Positions 40,761 through 64,000 of a DNA stretch of 64,000 nucleotides are shown here, in pieces. The stretch comes from Antechinus flavipes (taxonomy: Eukaryota), in the NCBI RefSeq assembly GCF_016432865.1, contig NC_067401.1, forward strand, positions 145,948,001-146,012,000, in the 5' to 3' direction. Each line of letters opens with the position of its first letter. The stretch's first letter is position 1. The translations under genes were made by a program, and so were the position numbers. Below the pieces are notes generated by a model. That model was not told the DNA's origin. It saw only the letters and a list, made by a program, of their open reading frames with translations, and searched no databases.

Positions 40761-41495
40761 GAGGGTGTGTGCAAAAGCATGAAATGGAATGGGTGGAGTG
40801 TATTTTTTTTAAAGGATTTCTTCTTCATAAATGGCTGTGTCCTGGGGATAAGTTGGGGCCCATAAATCTGAGATGCAAAGATCCTTGGCTCCTAAGGGAC
40901 ATCGATAGCCAGGGCCTAGAAATAAGACCCCTTCTTTAGAATCATTTTTCTTAAGCTTCCTTTGAAGCTGCTTTGGTCCTCATTGTGTGTTGAACCCTCA
41001 TGTTTCAGCCAGGCTCTAGCCACAGGGAGAGCTAGAACTCTGGCTAGAATGGAGCTTCTGGTATGTTTTGAGAGACTTGAGAGCAATAGGCGGCCATAGT
41101 CTGCTCCTGAAATCCTGTTTAGGTGTTGAGGGGCCAGTTCAGGTTGTCCTGAAAGCTAACTGTGGAGTACAGGTCTATACTCTGTAAGTTTTGTTTTTTT
41201 GTGGGTTCCTCCTCCCCCCCCACTCCCAACAGATTTTTTTTTTCCTCTTTTCTGGTGGCCAGCTAAGGGTTAGTATGAGTTGGGCAGGCTCTCTGCACTG
41301 TAAGTTTTGAATTCCACAAATGGCAGCAAGCACAACCTTGTAAGTTTGACATGATTGCAGGTGTGCTGCAACATTTGGGAAGCAGTACTTTGGCTCTTCA
41401 GATACATGGAAGAGTGGAAAGCTGTGCCCAGAGCTACTGTGATTAGGAAGTATTCTGGAAATTGTTCCCTAGGCTTAAGATGTTTCTTAATTAAA

Positions 41496-41501
41496 AATAA
41501 A
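41496..41501 (+). terminator. DDX42 candidate poly(A) signal AATAAA
   Basis: AATAAA about 735 nt after the stop codon, followed by U-rich tracts. An AGTAAA variant lies at 41685-41690. Confidence 0.55.
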
Positions 41502-41932
41502 CCTGAGCAGTTTTTAAAATCTGATTAATTGTATATTACCTTTTTTTTTTTTTTTTTACTTTTGCCACAATAACCTTTTTGCTGCAATTTGTTTTCATCT
41601 TGTTTATAAAAGTATCCAAAACTACCAGATTTTGTGACACTTGTGAAGGTTTCTTTCAGATGTGCATTCCTTCTTGCTTGCTCTAGTAAATGTTTTATTA
41701 CTGGGAGTATGCCTGGTTTGTGTCATTATCTCAGATTCAGTTATTATAATGTGGTTCCCCAGAGTCCCTATTTTTTTTTAATACTATAATATGGATAACG
41801 TCCTTTGCCAGCTTTGTGGTCTCAGGACCATACTTAAGGGGGTATAAATAGCCTGGATTATATAGAAAAGTCCTTGACAGATGTCTAGAGAATAGACTTC
41901 CGAGTGTTTCCCTTAAATTTTTTGCTCGACCT

Positions 41933-41938
41933 TTTATT
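41933..41938 (-). terminator. FTSJ3 candidate poly(A) signal AATAAA
   Basis: TTTATT on the plus strand about 165 nt past the FTSJ3 stop. A second copy lies at 41694-41699. Confidence 0.6.
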
Positions 41939-43979
41939 TCCACAGGTCCTTTTCATGAGGGGACAGAACAGCACAATGACCATTACTTAAAATCCACAAA
42001 GAGCCTTGAACAGTTTTTGTACCAAAAAAGAGGCATGTTTGAAAGATCTGCCTGGTCCTGAAGATAGAAAAGGGCCCACAGATCTCCATGCTTGGGAGTT
42101 TTTCACTTCTTCCTCCGGCCTTTGTGCCGCTGTTCTTTACGTTGCTGTGCCCTCAGGTCCTTCTTCATCCTTGTGTCTACCACTTTAAAGTGTCCTTTGA
42201 CTCCAGCTGGTCGTCGGACCTTTCGGCCTACACCTTTTTTAGCCACAACATAGGTAACCTGGCGTTTCTCCTTACCAAACCCTGCCTTCTTGTAGAGGCT
42301 GCAAAGGAAAGAAGCAAATTGAAAATCTCCTGCCAACACTATTTTTGTCATAATATTAAAATATGGAAAGAGTAATAGATAAAACCCACTTCAACAAAAG
42401 CTCTGTGGGGGTCCTTGAAATATTTTTAAGAACCCAAGATGCTCTACTTTTTTGTTCCATTTTACCTGCGCAACTGGGCCATCTTCTCCCGCTCAGAGAT
42501 ATCCACTGTATTCACCACAGCCTCTGCCTTTCGCTTAGTCTGCTCCATTTTCTTTAACATCTGTGGAAAGAATTCTTGATTACAACATAATTGCCTTTGG
42601 AGGCAAGCTGGATAGTTGTCTTAGAAAACATTATTACTCACTCTACGTTTCTTTCGGGCTTTAGCCTCAGCCACTTTTTTGATAGGCCGAGCATTGATTT
42701 CACGCCAACGTTTTCGGTATTCTTCCACTGTCTTCTTATCCAGGGGCAGTGGTCGAATTCGATGCTGCTTCTCCTCCTGCACAAACCACTCAGGGAGGTC
42801 CCCTTCCTCTTCATTATATGTATATCTGATAAAAAAGAAAACTCATTTGCTCAATGCTTTTAAAACCTGCTGTCCATTCACCTGGAGCCCATCCTCCATA
42901 ATTCCTACTTTTCATACCTGCTGAAGGAGTCATCCACAAGATCCCGCCTTGCCTTCCGGGAAGAGGCAATCATGGCACCTAGAGCTAGACCTTCTGGGTC
43001 CAATATCTGGCGTTTGACTAAGGAAAGAGATTTTTAGAATCCAGTACCCAATACAGTACCCTTGAATGCACATAGCTATCTTTCTAAGCAGAACCCCAGC
43101 CTCTTACCTGGGTCCTCAATGGGCACTACCACAAACCCATCATCAGGCTCTAGCGAATGGCCCCGCTTCTTTCCTCGGGGACTTTTACTTAATTTTCTAT
43201 TTAAAAAAGAAAGAAAGAAAGCATGAGCCCAGCTTCCCACCAATCAAAACCTCTTCCCTTCAGGACAAAGAAACTGAGAAAGGAGCAGGGGGATAACAGG
43301 GAAATCAATCCTTCCCTAGTTTTCTACCACATCTCTATCACCAGAGACCCTCTCACCTTTCATCTTCACTGCTGCTGCTATCACTGTCTGAACTGCTGTC
43401 ATCTTCCTCCTCTTTAGTAGAAGTGGCAGCCGCCTTTGCCTCTGCAGCTGGCTTTCCTTCTGTGTTGATGAACTGGGTCTGAGATTGGAAAGGCATTTTT
43501 TCCCTCCTTGAACTTGTAGGCTTCTGTTGGTCTTTTTGCTTTTCTTTACAGCGACTCTCATATAACAGCTGGGCCTGGCTTATCTCCAGAGCCTGATCTT
43601 CATCATCTTCAATCCCTGCAAAACCATCCTGCAACAAAACAGAAGTTCAGAATTAGGGAAGGGGGAAGGAAGCAAACAGACTTCTCTCAGTTCTGCCTCA
43701 TACCACTATGGCTAATCCCAAAACCATACTTTAGATCCCTTCTCATTGTTGCAGTTCCTATACCTAATCATACACTTACTTTGGAAAACCACAGATTGGT
43801 TTGTTCTTCCTGAATGACAGCTTTTTCCTCCAGTGGCACCAAAAGAGGGTTATCTTGTTCCTCCTCTTCTTGACTCTGCTCCTCTGCAAACTTCACACTA
43901 TGGTTCCAGAAACAGATCACGAGGAAACTTGAGTCTATAATCTTGTAGATTCCCCCACAAATCTTATAATCTTCCATGT

Positions 43980-44365
43980 AACACTGCCCCCTTTCCCTAG
44001 ATAGCAAGTAGTCTGGTACAGATTAAAGGTGCAATTTAAAAAAATATTTCTACATTTATGTTGCACAAGAAAAATTCAGGTCATGGGGGAAGGAGAGAAG
44101 AAATGACAAAAAAAGTAAGCAAACAACAAAAAAAGTGAGAATATGAATGTTTTGGTCCACATTCAGTCCCCATGGTACTCTTTCAGGATGCATATGTGAC
44201 TGGCTCCAACTGTGACTAGTCTATTGGAATTGGTCTGAATCACCTCATTGTTGAAAAGAGCCAAGTCCATCACAGTTGATCATTACATAATCGTCTTGTT
44301 GGTATGCACAATGTTCTCACTTCACTTCACTTAGCAACAGCATGTAAGTCTCTTCAGGCCTCTCT
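43980..44365 (-). mobile_element. Marsupial L1 3' UTR fragment in an FTSJ3 intron
   Basis: ctttccctagatagcaag...ttgaaaagagccaagtccatcacagttgatcattac...cacttcacttagc. Confidence 0.65.
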
Positions 44366-44779
44366 GAGGATCATGGAATTTAGAACTGAAAGCAATACCA
44401 AAGGAGTATATCCTTGGACTGAACTCACCGTTTTTGAGATGGAACTCCATAACCCTTAACTCCTGCTAGCTCTTCAGGGTCTAAGTCACTGGCCAGCGAT
44501 TCATCATCAGCATCCTCAATCTCTTCATCAGATAAATAGATATCACTCTCTGGTTCTTCCAATAGGAATTTGTCTGCAGCTCCCATATTTCCTTGGGCCA
44601 CTTCCTGTAGTAGCTGTGGTTTAATGTAAAATAGACCAATGCTTCTCAAAATAATGTTTTTGTGTTTTCAAGATACTATGTCGTCAAATTTATGTCAATA
44701 ATCCCACTTTTGGAAAACATTTGCTACAGATATGGTTTTCCACCTTAAATGGCAGAAATCTTCCTTCTGCAACTTATAC

Positions 44780-45290
44780 TTAAGGGACTTCTCATTTATT
44801 TAGTTGTCTTCATATGGCCTGGTCTCCTCAGTCACCTCACCATCCTAAGTACCCTAGCCTACAACATTCTTTCTAAGATGGGGCACTCAAGATGAAATAT
44901 ATTCCAGATACGTTCTGCAGAGTTCAGCATGCATTAGGAAGATCTATTACGCCTCCTTGGTTCTGCAGGCACAATAAATGACACTCAATGAAATTTGAAA
45001 TTTTTGTCTGCTCTGTCTTACCGTTGACTTACAGTGATCTATCTTGTAATCTGACCTTATCTTATTATAGCTGAGTTTATGATGCTAATAAGTGCAGGAG
45101 CTAGAATTTTAAAAGGAAGTGTAGATTTAACACATGTATCATTCTCCCAGTTTGGTGTCACTGCGGATCTCAGAAGCACACCTTTATCCAAGTCACTGAT
45201 AAAAACATTGAGCAACATGGGGACAAAGGCAGACAAAACCCTGAGGCCACTCCATAACAGGCTTTTCAAGTTAAGACCCTAATGTTAGCA
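44780..45290 (-). mobile_element. CR1/L3 LINE reverse-transcriptase relic in an FTSJ3 intron
   Basis: Minus-strand translation SGLRVLSAFVPMLLNVFISDLDKG resembles the CR1 RT motif QGSVLGPVLFNIFINDLD. Confidence 0.65.
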
Positions 45291-46939
45291 AATTTCACAA
45301 ACAAATCTCTGTTCTCTACCCTAACATGGTATGAACTTTACATCCTCCTCTTATTCCTCATCTCTCCAGATTTAAGAAGCATCATTCAGTCATCTATAAC
45401 AGCAAGTTCCAAAGTCAATATTGGAAAATGGTACTAGGGGAATCTGTAGTCCATGATTCTCCATGTATACTGAATAGTCATAAAACCCCTCTCCACATTT
45501 CCTTTCTAGCCTACCTGGTGGCCACGGATTGTCCGTAGGGAGAACATCCCAGTTTCACCATCATCAGCAATGGACACTCCTGGCAGATCCATCTTCAATT
45601 CCACACGCTCCCGTTGCTTCCTCTGCTCCTGAAGTAACTTTTTTTTCTTCCTGAATAGAAAATGTGGGAGTCCCTGAACCTTATCAGCCAATCCCCTCAA
45701 GGCTTTTTCCAAACCTCACAATCACTCCTAATGTCTGTTGACCCAAAAGTGGAAAAATGTTATAAACATAAAGTAACTCATGAAACTGCTGAACTGCACT
45801 TGAGAACTCAACTTGTGTCTTACAGTGATGGCTCAAAGCCTCCAGAATTTATTTTTTTTTTTAACAAATATGCAGAAAAGCTTAAAAAGAAAAAGTTTGA
45901 TATGTCCCCATCAATCACTTCCACATTTTGTGCTTTTCTTTACTTGTAGGTCCTAGCTGTCACAGTCTTCTCTCACCTTTTTAGCTCTGCTACTTCCTGT
46001 GCCTTCATTTCTGCAAGAGCCCTGTCCAAGTCTTCCTCCTCATCCTTGGCAGCAAGAGTCGTCTTTTTCCCTCCTTCTTGTTCTTCCTCCTCTTCCTCTT
46101 CTCCAGAGCTAAGGCTGGAATAGACAGTAAGATATGAATGAAAGCACAATTGATTGCATTAGCCCTCTCCCAATCTTACTCAAATGTTATGATCTACCAC
46201 AATCTTCAGCTTACCTGATGTCCAGTGCCTTTGCTTGATCTTTTAGCTTCTTGGCCACAAATCGACGAAGCTTTGTCCTCCAATTCAGCAGGGACCTATT
46301 CCAAAAGTCCCATTACTTATCACCCTACTCTATCATTAAATGTCTTATTGAAGGCATAAGACTTACACTCAGGTACCAAGATGACAAAAATAAATGAAAA
46401 TTCATGCTCTGTCCCTAACTCCAATTTTTGGGGCAAATGTTACCTATTATGAGAAAGGTATCAGGTACCATCTGCTGAAGCCTCACTGGGCCCTACTCTT
46501 CCTCATACACTCAGGCTTGCCCCCACAGTCCTTCCCAATCTCTTGATGGGATATGTCTGTCCTAGTACCTGAGCTCCTTTCGCCCCAGCACTTTGATGTC
46601 CTGGCAGTACACCTTCACATCCTCATTAGTGGCTGGATGCAATTCCAATTCCTTATCGTCCAGTATGATCTGCTCAGGAAGGAAGGAGAATCATCAGAGA
46701 AAACTAAACTTCCTAAATGGGTTAGGACAATTCTTCCACATGGTTCTTTAACCTTGAACACTCACCTCACTAGCTTTGGAGAGAAAATCAACAGGGTTTG
46801 CAGCACGGAGAAAATCAGTGATGGAGACCCGGTGATAGAGGGTAAGATCGCCATCAGCATAGCCCTCAGCCTAAGGGGACAGGAAAGAAACAGAACAGAG
46901 AAATCTCCTTTGAGGTGTTCTTAATGATCCACATTCCTT

Positions 46940-46940
<1 letters not shown>

Positions 46941-46989
<49 letters not shown>
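46941..46989. repeat. (TC)n microsatellite in an FTSJ3 intron
   Basis: About 24 TC units. Confidence 0.95.
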
Positions 46990-46992
<3 letters not shown>

Positions 46993-48559
46993 ATGTCAGG
47001 GTGTGTCCACTTTTCTTCCACATACATACCTTGGGTTTCTTCTTGGTTATCAATTCACTCACAGTCTTGGCCTGAACTTCAACCTCTTTAAAAGCAAATT
47101 TAGGATCAAAAAATTTACTGTCAATCTTATCAGGAGCCAGGAAACCTGAAAGAGAAGTGTACAGAAAGAAAGGAAAAAAAAAAAAAAAAAAAAGATGAGA
47201 ATAGGTTTTGAGAAAGGGGTCAAAAGAGCTTAAAAGAAGAGTAGTACATATAGACACCTAAGAAAAATCACCTTGGCAAACCACAAAAATCTCTGCAGAT
47301 TCCTGGCGGGAAGCTTGGGGCTTAGTGGCCTGGACGTGGCGAAATAGCTGCTGGAAAATCCAGAGAAGAGCCTGGTAGTCACGGGAGCGAAAAACCTTTG
47401 TAATGAAGCAGCCACCACGTGCCAGGAAATCACAAGCCAGCCGGAGTGCCATCAAAGTCAAGTGGGCTGTGGGGAATCAAGACTTGTCAGCTAGAGTGCT
47501 CAGCAGCTATGAACAATCCCAGCCCCAATTCTCCTTATGCACCTTGTGAGTAGGCATCATGGACCCAGCTAGCCCCTACATTAGGGGCTCCATCATTGAG
47601 CACAACATCAACCTTCCAAGTCTTCAGCTCCTTCTTGAGAGCCTGGAAAAAGAAATAGAATGTTACCTCTTTTTAAACTCTGGATCTTCCCTACTGTTTA
47701 GTAACTAACACAGGAGGGACATGAGAATGATGACTTGCAAAAATTGAGGATAAACATACCTAGTCTTATATAAATTATACAACCACAATGGACATTAGGT
47801 TATGGGTAAAACATGGTTTCAATCTTCTCCATCTTAACTTTTGTACTTCTCACAACTGAAGAAATCCACGATGACAGATTCAATCACACAACACGTAGCC
47901 CTGGTTCCAGCCACTATTGTCATCTCCTTCCACCCCAACCCCTATATGAAACTATTTCACCACCGGAACACTCAACACACAAGCACATGGGAAGGACAGA
48001 GGGGCGGGGCTTACCTGGCGGCACCGGTCAGTTGTGATATCCTCTTGCAGCGTAACCACATTGGGAATGGGCTTGATTGGAACCAGGTCCACCCCTAGAA
48101 AAAACACAGATCCCAGCTACCACAGGGAAGACAGAACCCTAAACCCCCCACCCCAAGCAGCCAGGGGCAATACCTTTAACACTCACCCACGATAAGGCTG
48201 GACACTGGCATAAACTTGGAAGCCACCTGCAGCCTGCAGAATTAAAGAAAGCAATCACATCATTCTCCAAAGTTTTTTCTTCTTCCCTTGTATACAAAGT
48301 ATTTAGGTTTGTCACCTCTGGGGAAAAGTGGGAGGGGGGGGGCGGTGTTAGGTGGCTGGGGAAGGAGATAGTAAAAAGGGAGAATGAGACAATTTGCAAG
48401 TTGTCAGATTATGCATCGGTCACATTTGCAGCCCTAAAACGGGTGCTGGGAGTGGGGACAGAATAGCAGCACCAAATGTCGGGAGAACAACAGAACCCGT
48501 GGGAAATGCCTAGCCCGACCTCAGGACAGTAATCAAAGTTACGGAAGGGAAGGCTTCCC

Positions 48560-53451
<4,892 letters not shown>

Positions 53452-53474
53452 AATGGTCAGCCTTACATCTCCCA

Positions 53475-53480
53475 AATAAA
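53475..53480 (+). terminator. PSMC5 poly(A) signal AATAAA
   Basis: AATAAA 23 nt after TGA. A second AATAAA lies at 53575-53580. Confidence 0.7.
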
Positions 53481-53589
53481 GCTCTCTGGGACAGTTAAGT
53501 TCTCTTACGATTCTAGTTTTTGCTGCCCTTCTTTGTAATCTGGAGCTGTTTAGTGATCAGACTCAAAAGGCACCAATAAACAAAATGTA

Positions 53590-53595
53590 TTTATT
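53590..53595 (-). terminator. SMARCD2 poly(A) signal AATAAA
   Basis: TTTATT on the plus strand at the end of a roughly 900-nt 3'UTR. Confidence 0.7.
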
Positions 53596-54495
53596 TGGAA
53601 ATTTCCAAACTAGCCAAAAATGGTACTTGCTGCCCTGTCCACTCCCCTTCCTCTAATCCCTATGGGACAGCAACACCCTTCCCCTCCACCATGCAAACAT
53701 CCATATTTCCCTTCCCCTTTCTCCTTGGACTTTCTGAGGCCAAAGGAGCTAAATCTTCACTTTATCCCACCCTTTCTACCCCTAATGAAGAGGCAAAGCT
53801 GGGACCATTGCCTGACAGACACCCAAGGAGATGATGGCGGCTGGAGCCCTCGAGCCGCTTGCATAGATTAAGAAAATGAAGGGGAGGCACCAGGTAGAGC
53901 TCCTAGGAAAACCCCCAATCGATTCCCTGTACAAAAAGGTGTTTCCCACTTAAAAAACCTGTTCCCCAAATAGTGCAAATACCTGAAGGAAAGGAAGAGA
54001 CCAGCAGTGACACTGGGCTGTGGGAATGGCAAAGAACTTTGGTTTAGAAAGGCCAGGGAGAGCCTGGGATGTGCCCTTTTACTCCTGGCTGGCTCCCTGG
54101 AGCCAGCTCTGACCTCCACGAGGTCAACACCTGTAAACATAAAAACCCAGGGGTATTTGGTTCTGAAATTTTGCAATTACAATATCAAAGCCCAAACCCC
54201 TAGGGCTGCCACAGCCCCTAGAGGTCCTGCTCAGGCCTGCCCATAAGGACAGAGGAGGCATCTGCTGAACCCAATTAAAGCCAATGCAAAAGTGAATAAT
54301 AAGGCTGTGGGGCCCAAGCGACTATGAATCCTATGACTACATTTATGCAACTTAAAGCTGGGGAGACAGGGTGGTGGAGGCTTCTCCACCCCATCCTATC
54401 CCACCTCCCTCTAACTCCAGCTGGGGCACAGAGGGAGGCACCATTCCAGTCTGAGAAGGGAGTGGCTGCAGGAATAAAGAAGGCTCCCTGAGCTG

Positions 54496-63560
<9,065 letters not shown>

Positions 63561-64000
63561 CGTTCCGTCCTGTCTGGCTTCAGCCGCGATCCAGGTTCCG
63601 GGCTACGCGCCCAAGGAACCCCCTCCGCGATCCGGGCTCCGGGGCTTCCGGATCCGAGTTCCGTTCTTTACTGATCCAGGCTCCGGGATTTCCCTGTCTG
63701 GGACCCGAGGTTTCCTGATCCGGGTTCTAAACTCTTGTACTGAGTTGGTCAGGATCGGATCGGTCCTAGCTCCGCTCCTGAATTGGGGGCGGGAGAGAGG
63801 CGGAGAAGTGCAGATCCGGGTTCAGTACCGCGCCCGCCCGCTGGAAGTTCAGCCCTCCGAAAGGGAGTGGGGGAGGTGAAGGAGCGGCGGCAGGATACCT
63901 ACTTCCCGCTGACAGCAACAAACCACCGACTCCGCCCAACCCCGGCCTAGACCCCGCCTATACCTACTGCCTCACCCAATCCTGGGCCACCGTCCTCAAA

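Noticed and set aside
41015-41048. TCTAGCCA...TGGCTAGA inverted repeat in the DDX42 3'UTR
   Set aside because: The 8-bp stem is too short to be a miRNA or a distinctive RNA element without covariation data.
63890-63900. Minus-strand TAG|GTATCCTG resembling a U12 (minor) donor
   Set aside because: One mismatch to GTATCCTT, no U12 branch point (TCCTTAAC) or acceptor found, and it lies in promoter sequence.

Overview
Vertebrate genomic DNA, almost certainly marsupial and probably dasyurid: it carries WSINE1/Mar1-type SINEs and marsupial-type L1 3' ends. It holds the conserved housekeeping cluster CCDC47(5' end, -) <> DDX42(+) >< FTSJ3(-) <> PSMC5(+) >< SMARCD2(-). I rebuilt the coding exons by hand from splice sites and reading phase. 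FTSJ3 (20 coding exons, 836 aa), PSMC5 (12 exons, 406 aa) and SMARCD2 (13 exons, 535 aa) are complete and intact. DDX42 (about 943 aa) is intact except for one 37-nt exon that is not visible and must lie in the 140-N gap at 20604-20743. DDX42 also has one GC-AG intron. There are three CpG islands, two of them bidirectional promoters, and both convergent gene junctions contain back-to-back poly(A) hexamers. Introns contain many old MIR, L2, CR1 and L1 relics plus younger SINEs with target-site duplications. I found no tRNA, rRNA, CRISPR array or novel protein-coding gene. The most interesting leads are regulatory and remain inference: a CpG-retaining block with a candidate poison exon near the hidden DDX42 exon, three GTAAGT donors in the DDX42 3'UTR, an erythroid-type motif cluster in SMARCD2 intron 1, and a cryptic 22-bp periodic repeat upstream of the SMARCD2 ATG. 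Comparisons with human proteins and gene order are from memory, not from a database search.
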